Shown: positions 44,101 through 52,855, counted from the stretch's first letter. The stretch: DNA of 64,000 bases from Nibricoccus sp. (GCA_047602425.1 JASGHG010000001.1:4224001-4288000), one strand, 5' to 3'. Numbers and translations: made by a program. The notes: generated by a model not told the origin, from the sequence alone.

Positions 44101-44305
44101 CTACGAGCGCCCCCGCTACAGCCTCGATTTCAACATTAGCTACAAGCTCTCGCAGCATCTCGAAGCCTATTTCAACGTGCGCAACCTGACGAACCGTCCG
44201 CAGGTCAACTTCACCTACAACGACGATGTTCCGTACTATGCACGCCATCGCCAGACGCAGGAATTCGGCATCCCGATGTACATCGGCTTGAAGGGTTCTT
44301 ATTGA
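41144..44305 (+). CDS. TonB-dependent receptor with N-terminal carboxypeptidase-regulatory-like domain
   Basis: GTLTGRV...TDEFGEY; plug NVGEFLKYLPG...IGGSVNLVTK; NPQLKP; C-terminal YIGLKGSY. Confidence 0.95.
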   Translation: MHHAIAARTRVSVPFVGTSTQVWKNLLFFCAVCLLVIGSTSPRVSAQTASAEATGTLTGRVLNVINGQYVKNARVTVVGSSLEAVTDEFGEYRIYGVPAGEITVKVIYPGLDTKEEKLVVKAGESIERTIHLSTGGVADSGETLVLDSFVVAGQKDTNARSIATSEQRYASNMKSVVSADEFGDISEGNVGEFLKYLPGIQAEYNATEVRGLSLNGFDSNFVGVAVDGARAASPSSGNANRGFDTRAISLNNIARAEVIKVPLADLPADNIGGSVNLVTKSAFEHSKPQFNYSAYLSLNSENKEFWQRMQGLPSSNRVYPGMPGFTFNYIKPINKKIGITLNGLFTNQLNENHRPVGTWRLTGGSATPSRPYMQSYQIQDGPSDVHRASISGKLDWKLTPNSVLSLSVASNVYDFSFGNRNITYGPGTTETSSITGGRALSFTPDSTVGATGRGDVSLGGSMRTMQGVTNIFVLNYRFNSQFWEVTANASHSNSKSAYRDTRDGYFQDATINMQGIRPIAVALYGTQNSPSAPTVVVTDNSNNVLDFRDLANYRLTQVQSSPVDGEVSIRSANVDVKRAIPIKWMPTTVKTGVAIREELRDNRRYQDRWTYLGPDRVANNADNNLDSTWVDSYRDGAGFNNTVVWPDRRKMYALYLEHPEYFLPLSAANELYRIQNSEVLNETVSAGYIRLDARPMRRLLVIAGVRYEKTADKGEAYLYDPDAPFRDANGKIVVVGGVKVRQPGMPAAGTYAETQLLYKERGNKVSRSYDGFYPSFGATYSILDNLLFRSYYAVTIGRPNISNILPVKTIDENDNGLGGGTITLNNPQLKPWTGRSVDLSLEYYFKKGGIASVRYFTKKLTDFWLNRTDVVNAEAAEEFGLDPAFADGTWIYTARRNGGNAKISGYEVSYSQKLPFLPPRLDGLSFMANMTENHVEGDRAADFTRFISRSGNVGLGWNKYRVRADLKWNYRGQVVSVSNAALNIYNYERPRYSLDFNISYKLSQHLEAYFNVRNLTNRPQVNFTYNDDVPYYARHRQTQEFGIPMYIGLKGSY

Positions 44306-44322
44306 TTTGTTCAGTGATGCAG

Positions 44323-44358
44323 AGGCGGGGCGCGCGTCGGCGCTCCCCGCCTTTTTTT
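44323..44358 (+). terminator. Rho-independent terminator
   Basis: AGGCGGGG...CCCCGCCT stem followed by T7. Confidence 0.8.
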
Positions 44359-44404
44359 GGAGGCTGGCTTTGGGATGGTTGAAGGATTTTATTTCCCTAC
44401 GCGT

Positions 44405-46186
44405 ATGGTTCGTCACGTCGATTTCGCCTTGATCTTTCTCGCCTTGCTCACGTGTGGTATCTCGCGCGCTGCGTCGGATACAGCCACTGCCACGGAAGCC
44501 GCACCCGAGACCATTGTGCTGCCGAAGTATGATGTTACGACTGACCGCGTGCTGGCCCCAATTGAGAAGTGGGACTATGTTGCAATCGATGGTTTTGAGA
44601 TTCTCTCGAATGCGCCGAACAAGGAAACCCGCCGCTTCGTGAAGGACTTTTGCCTCTTGCAACAGGTTGCTAAAATCCTTTTGCCGGGGGCCAAAACGGT
44701 CTCCCCGGCGCCCACCAGCATCGTTCTCTGCGAAAAGGAAAAGGCATTCGCTGCTTTCCTGCCGCAGGAGGACGCGAAATCAAGCGCGCCGGTTCGCGGC
44801 CGGTTTCTCAGTAACGGCGAGCGCGATGCCATCGTGGTCGATTTTGGGTCCGGTGACAATCCAGGCCTCGCCGACACGTTTGATTTCAGCTGGGACTCCG
44901 CGTTTCGTAGTTTTTACCTCCAGTATTTTCGGCAGATTATCCGCCGCAGTATCAAGCCCGCGCCGCCGTACTGGCTGGAGGAAGGACTCGTGCAGTTGTT
45001 CGCCAACACGGATTTTTCCGATACTCACATCAACTTTGCCGACCTTGATCGCCACGACACGTCAGTGCGCACGGCGAACCAGTCGGATTCCATGCTCTCG
45101 TCATCTGCGCCGCGAATCAGCGAGAGCATGATTCCCGAAAGGGAACTACCCAGGGATGCGCGCCAATTTGCTTCCTCAGGCGACTTCCGAAGCATTTTTT
45201 CCCAGCGCGGTTTCATTCCATTAAAGGAGTTTTTTGCGGTGTCAGGAAACACCCCCGTGGAAAAACGGCCTGAGTATTTTTCGACGCAGGCCTTTTTATT
45301 TACGCATCTTTGCCTCTACGGACAGGAGCAGCGCTACGCGTCGGCTTTCTTCAAACTCGCCGAGGAATCTGCTCGCGGCCCGATCACGGAGGAGATCTTC
45401 AAGAAACACTTTGGAATGTCGTACAGCACGATGCAGATCGAGATGCGGAGCTACATCGAGTTCACCAATTACAAATCGCTCCAGATGAGCAGCGGAAAAT
45501 CGAAGACCAAGCTGGCGGAAGTGCCGCCTTTCACGGTCCGACCGGCCACGGACGCTGAGTCGAGCCGGATCTCGGGTGAGGTGTTGCGTCTCGCCGGGCA
45601 TAAGCACGCCGCCCTTAACCGTCTGATCGCCGCGTATGTGCGTGGCAACTACGATGCCGATCTGCTGGCCGTGCTGGGCTGCGCCGAACTTGACGCCGGG
45701 CACGCGGAACGTGCCCGAAAATTTCTTGAAACAGCCTTCAGGGACAAAACCACCCAAACCCAGGCTTATCTGGAATTGGCGAAACTAAGAGTCTCTGAGA
45801 TCAACGCGAAGCTCTCGAAAGAAGGTCGCATGGCCACACAGGACGAAATCGCCTATATGCAGGCGCCTCTTTATGCGGGACTGAAGCAACCGGCGGCGGG
45901 TGCGGCCTTTCACAGTTTGATTGCGCGCACCTGGCTGATCAGTCCCACGGTGCCCACAAAAGAACAATATGGCCAGCTCTTGCTGGCGGCGCAAAAATAC
46001 TATCACGATTTGGGGCTTGTCTATTATGTCGCCGAACTCGGGAGGAAAATCGGTTATCCTGATATGAGCCGACAGCTCGCGGTTTTCGGAATGAATAATG
46101 CGGCGGATGCAAAGGCGAAAGCCCGGTTCGAGGCGCTTTTGCGCGAGCTGCCGTCGGAGAAACAAGCGGCAGGACCAAAACCTTAA
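44405..46186 (+). CDS. Secreted hypothetical protein with gluzincin-like PxWxxEG motif and helical/TPR-like C-terminus
   Basis: Signal peptide; PPYWLEEGLVQLF; no HExxH; helical repeats at the C-terminus. Confidence 0.75.
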   Translation: MVRHVDFALIFLALLTCGISRAASDTATATEAAPETIVLPKYDVTTDRVLAPIEKWDYVAIDGFEILSNAPNKETRRFVKDFCLLQQVAKILLPGAKTVSPAPTSIVLCEKEKAFAAFLPQEDAKSSAPVRGRFLSNGERDAIVVDFGSGDNPGLADTFDFSWDSAFRSFYLQYFRQIIRRSIKPAPPYWLEEGLVQLFANTDFSDTHINFADLDRHDTSVRTANQSDSMLSSSAPRISESMIPERELPRDARQFASSGDFRSIFSQRGFIPLKEFFAVSGNTPVEKRPEYFSTQAFLFTHLCLYGQEQRYASAFFKLAEESARGPITEEIFKKHFGMSYSTMQIEMRSYIEFTNYKSLQMSSGKSKTKLAEVPPFTVRPATDAESSRISGEVLRLAGHKHAALNRLIAAYVRGNYDADLLAVLGCAELDAGHAERARKFLETAFRDKTTQTQAYLELAKLRVSEINAKLSKEGRMATQDEIAYMQAPLYAGLKQPAAGAAFHSLIARTWLISPTVPTKEQYGQLLLAAQKYYHDLGLVYYVAELGRKIGYPDMSRQLAVFGMNNAADAKAKARFEALLRELPSEKQAAGPKP

Positions 46187-46210
46187 CCAGTCGACCGATA
46201 TCCGATCGAT

Positions 46211-46588
46211 TTACTTCCTCGAATGGAGTCCGATCAAATTGCCTTCCGTGTCGTGGACGAGGGAGATGAAACCATATTCGCCGATGGAAAACTTTTCTTT
46301 GAACACTTTGCCGCCGTTTTTGGCCGCGCGCGCCGATTCGACGGCGCAGTCCACGCACGAGAAATAGACGATCGTGCTGTTTCCGCCGGATTTGAATCCT
46401 TCCATTTTAACCAATGAGCCGGCGGAACCGGGCTTGTCGGGTGACATGGGAAACGCGTACATTTTAATGATCGGGCTCGGCAGGGCCTCGAGTTTTACCT
46501 CTAGCGTTTTTTCATAAAACGCTTTCGCGCGTTCCATGTCTTGTACGTAGATTTCGAACCAACCGACGGGATTGCGTGCGCTATTCAT
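46211..46588 (-). CDS. VOC/glyoxalase family protein
   Basis: VGWFEIYVQDMERAKAFY...DTEGNLIGLH. Confidence 0.93.
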   Translation of the reverse strand: MNSARNPVGWFEIYVQDMERAKAFYEKTLEVKLEALPSPIIKMYAFPMSPDKPGSAGSLVKMEGFKSGGNSTIVYFSCVDCAVESARAAKNGGKVFKEKFSIGEYGFISLVHDTEGNLIGLHSRK

Positions 46589-46736
46589 AGGCTTTTTTTG
46601 GGTAATGCGTTTTTGTCGCGAGGCGTCGGTAAAGTCTTCCGAAGCACGAAAAGTTCAACCGGTCGCAGCAAATTTTGCGGGCGCGCTGCGCTCTGGCGGC
46701 GTTCCCGCGGTGCACAATGATTCTCTGCGCCTGCGC

Positions 46737-47321
46737 TCAATGCTGCGCGGCGTCGCTCATTGTTGCCGCCGGATGGGCTGTAGTTAGACGGTCGATCCAC
46801 GCGAGCACCAGGGCCGAGACCACGAACGTTAGGTGAATGGCCACCTGCCACAGCAGGGCTTTTTCGGTCGTCACGTCCGCGTTGATGAAGGTTTTTAGGA
46901 GGTGAATCGACGAGATGCCGATGAGGGCCATGGCCAGTTTCACCTTGAGCACGCCGGCATTCACATGGGAAAGCCACTCGGGCTGGTCGGGATGTCCCTC
47001 AAGATTGAGTCGCGACACGAAGGTTTCATAACCACCGACAATCACCATAATAAGCAGATTGGCGATCATGACGACGTCGATGAGTCCCAGGACGGTGAGC
47101 ATTACGATCGTTTCCGTGTCACGCCCGGCGACTGCGCCCGAACTGGGCGCCGCGTGGCCGAGCAATGCGAAATCGATCAAGTGCCACAGCTCCACGAGGA
47201 ACCGGTAGACGTACACCATCTGTGCGACGATGAGGCCGACATAGAGCGGGGCCTGCAGCCAGCGGCTGAGAAAGATCAGGTTGGAGAGGGAGCGTTGGCG
47301 GCGTTGCGTCGTGTTGACCAT
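46737..47321 (-). CDS. TIGR00645/UPF0114 (YqhA-like) membrane protein
   Basis: SRWLQAPLYVGL, NLLIMVIVGGYETFVS, KVKLAMALIGISSIHLLKTF. Confidence 0.93.
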   Translation of the reverse strand: MVNTTQRRQRSLSNLIFLSRWLQAPLYVGLIVAQMVYVYRFLVELWHLIDFALLGHAAPSSGAVAGRDTETIVMLTVLGLIDVVMIANLLIMVIVGGYETFVSRLNLEGHPDQPEWLSHVNAGVLKVKLAMALIGISSIHLLKTFINADVTTEKALLWQVAIHLTFVVSALVLAWIDRLTTAHPAATMSDAAQH

Positions 47322-47460
47322 GGAGAGCGGCGAAATGGATGCACGATTTTGCGCGCCGCAAATTATTTTTCATGAAGCCACGAAAACAGTCAGGCACGGT
47401 GCCGCAATTTCGGCCACCCTGAAATTGGATGGCGCTATATCGGAAGGAGACAAAGCCTGC

Positions 47461-47805
47461 TCACTTCAACGTCGCCTGAATCTTCTTTGGCAGTTTGGCC
47501 ACGACGAGGTCGTAGCTGTGGCGGATGCGGTTGTTCAATTCCTGCTCAGGCAGGGCGGCGAGGTCTTCGACGCGCACCCACATCCGCTTGGCAAAATACG
47601 GCGCCTGACCAACGCCGTCGATGGCAGTGAGTTCGGCAAATTCGTCCGGCGTGCACTTGAAGATGACGCCGCTGATCGTTTCGCCATCGAGCGAGATCAT
47701 GAAAAAGGCCTTCTCCACAACCTTGAAGACCAAGCCGCCCCACTGGCTCACGACTGTGGTTTGCGGCAGACCGAGGGCGTAGGATTTGAGCCGTTCGAGA
47801 CGCAC
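47461..47805 (-). CDS. MmcQ/YjbR family protein
   Basis: LVFKV, APYFAKRMWV, IRHSYDLVVAKLPKK. Confidence 0.88.
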   Translation of the reverse strand: MRLERLKSYALGLPQTTVVSQWGGLVFKVVEKAFFMISLDGETISGVIFKCTPDEFAELTAIDGVGQAPYFAKRMWVRVEDLAALPEQELNNRIRHSYDLVVAKLPKKIQATLK

Positions 47806-47817
47806 GGGATTTGGAAA

Positions 47818-48192
47818 TCAGTTTTGGGCAAGCCGTTTCTCGCCGGGAATGCTCCAGGCTTTGGCAATGCGACCCTCGTTTATTTCATAGATCATCACAA
47901 GCTCAAGCGTGCCGGCGCCCTCCGGAAAAGTTCGAGTGACAATTTCGTGATCGATGACAGTCGTGCCCACGACAATCCGGTGAACAAGTTTCGCCAACAG
48001 GTTCGGTTCTGCAAAACGCGCCGAAAAACGAGCTCGTAGTTCCTCCGTGCCACGCGCGACCAATTTTGACGGGTATTCGAACAATTCAGCGTCGTCTGCG
48101 TAGATCGATAGCAGCGCCGTCAAATCGCGGGCATTGAATGCCTCCAGCTGGCGCTGCACAACCGATTCGGATGTAATTGGAGTTTTGATCAT
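47818..48192 (-). CDS. SnoaL-like/NTF2-fold protein
   Basis: VVQRQLEAFNARDL...VIDHE...IYEINEGRIAKAW. Confidence 0.9.
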   Translation of the reverse strand: MIKTPITSESVVQRQLEAFNARDLTALLSIYADDAELFEYPSKLVARGTEELRARFSARFAEPNLLAKLVHRIVVGTTVIDHEIVTRTFPEGAGTLELVMIYEINEGRIAKAWSIPGEKRLAQN

Positions 48193-48287
48193 GGTTCACT
48201 CCCGGACAAAAAGCTGATGTAATCTAGGACGGATGGTTCGGTCTGCGACCCCGGAGTTAAACACATCGGCCTACCTCGGTTCACCGG

Positions 48288-49202
48288 TTATTCCTCCGTG
48301 GCAATGGGCGTGGTTTTGCCTCTTAGGGCGGTGAATGCCGTGCCGCCCAAAATAAGCGCGGCGCCCACGAGTTCATGCGCGGCGAAATGCTCGTGAAAGA
48401 AAACCGCGCCGCCGACGGCGATACCCAGCGGCACGAGCATTTGCAGGAGGGAACCTTCTCCCACCGGCAGATCTCGGAACGCGCGCGTCATCATGAGCTG
48501 GCCGGCGCCGGCCGCGAGACTGGCCAGTAAAATCACCAACCAAGCCAGAGGCGGCATCGGTTTGAAGGTCATCCACGCGGGGATGGTGCAGAGCAGGAGC
48601 CCATAAACACATTGGGCGGCAAAAATCGTGGAGGTATGTTCGCTGCCATGAAGCTGACGGATCGTCACGACAATGTAGGCTGATAGCAGTGCGGCCACAA
48701 CTGCGAGCAAATCGTACATTCCTGGGTGCGCGGTTGAGGCGAAGATATTGGTGAGAAGGGCGATTCCCGCCAGCGCTGCGGCGCCTCCACCGAGGACGGC
48801 GGGCTGGAGTTTTTCGCGCAGCATCCAAGCCGCGAGCAGGGCGCCCCAGATCACGTAGGTGTTGCCAATAAAAGTCGCGCGGCCCGCGCCGATGTGAACC
48901 ACACAAAGGTAGGTCAGATACACACCGCCGCCGCCGATGATGCCGCGCTCGATGAGCTTGGCATTTTGGTAAAGGTGACGGGGTTGAAATTCACTGCGAT
49001 AGACGATGACGATCAAGCCCAACCCCACAACGAACCGGGCCACAGAGACCAGCCAGATGTTGGCCACCTGCATCTCGCCGAGCAGCCGCACCATCAGGAC
49101 GTTGCTGGTGAAACAACCGGCTGACGTCAGCATCAGGAGGAGCGCGCGGCGGTGCGTGGAAGTGGCGGACATGGAAGCATCAAGGACCGCGCGGAAATCC
49201 AT
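48288..49202 (-). CDS. DMT/EamA family transporter
   Basis: About 10 TM helices, LREKL and FFHE motifs; start may be 49172 or 49241. Confidence 0.9.
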   Translation of the reverse strand: MDFRAVLDASMSATSTHRRALLLMLTSAGCFTSNVLMVRLLGEMQVANIWLVSVARFVVGLGLIVIVYRSEFQPRHLYQNAKLIERGIIGGGGVYLTYLCVVHIGAGRATFIGNTYVIWGALLAAWMLREKLQPAVLGGGAAALAGIALLTNIFASTAHPGMYDLLAVVAALLSAYIVVTIRQLHGSEHTSTIFAAQCVYGLLLCTIPAWMTFKPMPPLAWLVILLASLAAGAGQLMMTRAFRDLPVGEGSLLQMLVPLGIAVGGAVFFHEHFAAHELVGAALILGGTAFTALRGKTTPIATEE

Positions 49203-49655
49203 CGCGGTCAAGCGGCGTTCCTCTGTGCGACAAAAAATCACAATGTCTGTACGGCCTGGGATCGGCTGCGTTATGTTGACGCGGGAGAGGATAGAAAAAT
49301 CAGTGCACGTGAAGACGAAAGTTGAGTCGGAGCCCGAGGTCCCGGTGGGTTGGGGTCGATAGCAGTTTAGGTTGTCTCGCGAAGAGGCAGAAGGAAGCGA
49401 AAGGGAAGAACCGCTAGTTTGGTGGTATCGTCGTGTTCGTTATGCCAATGGGCACTTGTTCAACAACAATCGATGAAACCGCATTCCTCATGGCATTGAA
49501 CTTCAAGCTCCGTCATTTCCGTTTACCCTTTAAAAAAGGACGGAAAATTTCTTTGAACAGGAGGGAACAGAGAAAACGGAGAGTTGCGTGGGAAAGGCCA
49601 CCCGCGAGGTCTTTACACCTGAAAAACGGGTTGGGAAGTTATGTTGAAGGTGATT

Positions 49656-49768
49656 AAAAAGAAAAAGCCCGTTCCGTACGGAACGGGCTAAAAGGTATGG
49701 CCGGAGCTTGCTCAACGGCTCTCCTTTTGGTCCAGCTTCAACTAACTATCGTTGGAGGTGCAACGACA
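49656..49768 (-). ncRNA. Candidate small RNA of about 110 nt
   Basis: Upstream TTGACG-N17-CATTTT (49774-49802), internal hairpins, perfect 24-nt palindrome 49666-49689 plus TTTTTCTTTTT tail. Confidence 0.45.
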
Positions 49769-50216
49769 CGGGGAAAATGCGTTGGGTTGCACGGAACGTC
49801 AACCGCCAGCGCCAGTTAAAATTTCCCTATTGCGAGGTAAAATTTTGTTTTGACAGCGAGAGACCGATCAATCGTCCAGAGGCTATAGGATGAAAGGTTC
49901 CACTACCTTTTTACTCCTATAAAATGGATCGTCTGGTTGAAATTTAACAAGAGAAAGGGGAGAAGCTAAGGACAGGCGTGCCGTGCAATCGCTGAGGAGG
50001 GCCTGTTTCGTTGCATGGATGTGACATTTGTCTACCGGTGTTTTGTCTACCGAATGTTGGCCAAAATTTAGGTAGTTTTTTTTGAAGAGGATCTTGGGCC
50101 TGCTTGGTATTTTCTGCTGTCTTCAAATTCGTGCGGGACTTTGCGTCCTCATGGATTTGATGGCGGGAAAATAAACACGGGCTCTTACGCCCAATAACAA
50201 AAATACAGAATCCTAT

Positions 50217-50915
50217 ATGAATAAAAAAATGTTATCTCGTTCGTGGTTCGTCGCGGTCATGCTGGGGTTGATTGTCAATGTAGCTCAGGCTCAAATCAGC
50301 GAATTTACGGTGGAATCGCTTACCGGGCCCGGTAATAACGTCCAGATTTCCGGTCTTTTCGTGAGTCAGAATGCTTTGCTCGATGTGACACAACCCGTGG
50401 ACGTCAGTGGTCTGGTATCTTACTTTTCATCGTTTTATACCCTCGCACCAGGCGTAGCAGGAACTGCTTTGGCCACCTCAAGTAGCTGGCAATGGCGCTC
50501 AACCCGCGTCGTCAACCAATATGCGCCGAACATCGGTTTCACCTCCAGCGCACCTATTACGAACTGCAGCGGACGTTTCTATGTCGAGGCGCCGGTCAAC
50601 GTATGGGACGAGGATTCTGGGACTTGGAACCAGACAGGGGGATCCGGTGGAACGATCCGCTTCACAGTCACTGAAACACGTTCATTTTTTGTTCAAGTCT
50701 TTGGATATAATATTTTGGGACAATATGGCTTGGTGGGTGCAAAATCTCCATATGTGTACCTATATAACGCGAATACCTGGCAATACGTTGGATACTTTGG
50801 CGGAGAGGGAACCTCGAGCATCGGTACACTGACGCCGGGCAACTACATTATGTTTGTCGACGCGGAAGTCGACACCGACTCGGGCATTGTTATGGCTAGT
50901 GTAAATGCTAACTAA
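50217..50915 (+). CDS. Secreted hypothetical protein, beta-rich, lower GC
   Basis: Signal peptide ending AQA; own downstream terminator; C-terminal TLTPGNYIMFV...SGIVMASV. Confidence 0.85.
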   Translation: MNKKMLSRSWFVAVMLGLIVNVAQAQISEFTVESLTGPGNNVQISGLFVSQNALLDVTQPVDVSGLVSYFSSFYTLAPGVAGTALATSSSWQWRSTRVVNQYAPNIGFTSSAPITNCSGRFYVEAPVNVWDEDSGTWNQTGGSGGTIRFTVTETRSFFVQVFGYNILGQYGLVGAKSPYVYLYNANTWQYVGYFGGEGTSSIGTLTPGNYIMFVDAEVDTDSGIVMASVNAN

Positions 50916-50941
50916 GAATTCGTCCTAGGAATTCTTGTTAT

Positions 50942-50977
50942 TGCCCGTCGCGATACTCGATCGCGACGGGCATTTTT
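50942..50977 (+). terminator. Rho-independent terminator
   Basis: TGCCCGTCGCGAT-N5-ATCGCGACGGGCA followed by T5. Confidence 0.9.
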
Positions 50978-51029
50978 ATTTAGTTCAAAATGGGTCCGTT
51001 TCACACCATCTGCATTTCGTGCGGTGCCG

Positions 51030-51060
51030 AAAAATAGCCGGAGCTTATGGCTCCGGCTTT
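51030..51060 (-). terminator. Terminator of the 52855-51084 two-gene unit
   Basis: AGCCGGAGC-N4-GCTCCGGCT with T run on the minus strand. Confidence 0.75.
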
Positions 51061-51083
51061 CGTTTGTCGTGCGTAGCGAAAAA

Positions 51084-51569
51084 CTATTTCGCCTTTTTTA
51101 GGCGGGCGAGCAAATGGTCGTCGATTGCGCCGTGGTCTCGAGCGAGCGCCAGTAGCTGCGTTTCCAAAGCGCCTGTTGCATCGTTTCGGACCTCTGGCGG
51201 ATTCACCCGTGCGGCCGCTGCTTTTCCAAGGGCGGCCGGTTTTCTATTGATACGCACACCGGCGCGACCGACCTGCATGTCTTGAATGCTGGCGCGATTG
51301 ACCGACAGGTTTGTGACTCGGATGCCGGTATAGCCCAAGGTTGGACGTTCGGTGGCGGTGCTGGACGCAGCTTGCGACGAAGGCAGGGCTTCCGCTGTAG
51401 CAAGTATATTGTCGATCTGGGCTGGATCGGTGAGGGTAAAGACAGGATTGGGCCTGCCCGAGAAAACAAGAATTTCGACGCGCAGGGCGGCGGGTGAGGC
51501 TGAATTCTGAGCGTTCATGGTGGGGAGAGCACTAACGATCAGAAAGAGGGAAAAGAATAGTTTTTTCAT
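51084..51569 (-). CDS. Secreted hypothetical protein with FSGRPNP...LGYxG motifs
   Basis: Signal peptide MKKLFFSLFL...MNA; starts 17 nt after the upstream stop codon. Confidence 0.85.
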   Translation of the reverse strand: MKKLFFSLFLIVSALPTMNAQNSASPAALRVEILVFSGRPNPVFTLTDPAQIDNILATAEALPSSQAASSTATERPTLGYTGIRVTNLSVNRASIQDMQVGRAGVRINRKPAALGKAAAARVNPPEVRNDATGALETQLLALARDHGAIDDHLLARLKKAK

Positions 51570-51586
51570 GGTCGTGAAGAGTCTGA

Positions 51587-52855
51587 TTAAAGAATGTTGG
51601 CGTGGCCCTGTCCTTGCGTGCAGTCGGAGGGCGTGAAGAAATACCCGCCGAATATGGTATAGCTGCCGCGATCGGCGGTTTCGGGATCGGTGATCGGCTG
51701 GCCGGAATTATCAAGATTGGTTGCCGGGGTCTGGCCGGGTTTGTGCGTCCAGTAGCCGTTGCTATCGAGCCGATACCAATGGAAATCCGGCCAGTAGGGA
51801 TCAGGATCGATGACCATCGCGAGTTTGGTTTTTCCTTCGGGAGAAATCGAAGTCGCATCCGTCGGTTCCAGTCCATCGGAAATAGCCCCCGCGCTTACTT
51901 CCGCGACGTTGACGTTCACATACATATTGCCGCTCGCTCGTCCCGGTTGGGCGAAGGTGTCGGTTCGGCGGTTGTTGGAATAGTTGTAGCAATTATTGTT
52001 ATATTGGATGGTTCCCCAATCGTTCCAGTACCAGGGCTCGTAAGCCGGCGTGCAGTAGGTTGTAGAATTAATATATGCGGTGATTTTGAACCCGCTCCCG
52101 TAGGTGGGTGTGCTTGCGGTCGCGTTAACGGCATCGCGCGCATCGGTCCAGAAATACCAATCCCCCTCCGTTGAAAGCGTGACCGTTCTAACCACCGTAC
52201 CGCTACCTCCCGACTGTGGCGCATAAGCGCCTCCGCCGTTGTCGAGCACACCTGAAGGCGGCAGAATATTGTAGCGGATGCCGTTGAGATTTCCGTCTGC
52301 ATCGGTGGCGCCGTAGTTGATCGTCACGGTCGTTCCCACCGGAACGGAGTCGCCGGAGCTGCGGCCATTCACCGAGATTGACGGGACAGGCGGCGTGTTG
52401 GCCGGCGTGCCATAACCATTGATCCACCCATGCACGGGCATGGTGTACCCGGCGCAATAGGCGTAACCTTGGATCCAACTGCTCGAAGGCATCACGACGT
52501 TGGTATACGACGCAGACTCATAGGCGCCGAGTGCATTGGTGAATGTCCAGATTGTCGCGGAGTCGGCGATCCACTGGCTACCGACTTTGTGAATATTGTT
52601 TACCTGCATGCTGACACCGGCCTCGCTCCAGTAGCTCCAGGAAAAACTGGAAAGTGGTCCGAAGCTCGCGGAGGCTTCTGCGTAATCGTTGCCGCCTCCT
52701 ACGGTATCGGCATAGAGGTAGACGTCGTAGTTAGCGTAGCCGCGGGCGTTGAAGTCGACCAAAGTCGTGCCTGTGAATGACTGCGCGTGAATTTTCGACG
52801 AAACGAAAAGGGCCAGCACAGCCAGCCCGATGCTGCGAATACAAGAGGTATTCAT
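51587..52855 (-). CDS. Secreted multidomain protein: unknown N-domain, Ig-like domain, C-terminal putative Cys/His (papain/transglutaminase-like) domain
   Basis: Signal peptide; NTPPVPSIS...ATDADGNL Ig-like segment; NNCYNY...FAQPG...DFHWYR...WTHKPG. Confidence 0.85.
   Translation of the reverse strand: MNTSCIRSIGLAVLALFVSSKIHAQSFTGTTLVDFNARGYANYDVYLYADTVGGGNDYAEASASFGPLSSFSWSYWSEAGVSMQVNNIHKVGSQWIADSATIWTFTNALGAYESASYTNVVMPSSSWIQGYAYCAGYTMPVHGWINGYGTPANTPPVPSISVNGRSSGDSVPVGTTVTINYGATDADGNLNGIRYNILPPSGVLDNGGGAYAPQSGGSGTVVRTVTLSTEGDWYFWTDARDAVNATASTPTYGSGFKITAYINSTTYCTPAYEPWYWNDWGTIQYNNNCYNYSNNRRTDTFAQPGRASGNMYVNVNVAEVSAGAISDGLEPTDATSISPEGKTKLAMVIDPDPYWPDFHWYRLDSNGYWTHKPGQTPATNLDNSGQPITDPETADRGSYTIFGGYFFTPSDCTQGQGHANIL

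Noticed and set aside
49530..49715. 61-aa minus-strand ORF with an AAGGAG SD and TTG start
   Set aside because: It reads through a strong terminator and a repeat and has no recognisable features; the non-coding reading is preferred, though not proven
50128..50162. GGACGCAAAG on the minus strand, resembling a c-di-GMP-I riboswitch core
   Set aside because: The GNRA-capped P2 stem and downstream GGNCUAA element are missing, and it points away from the adjacent gene
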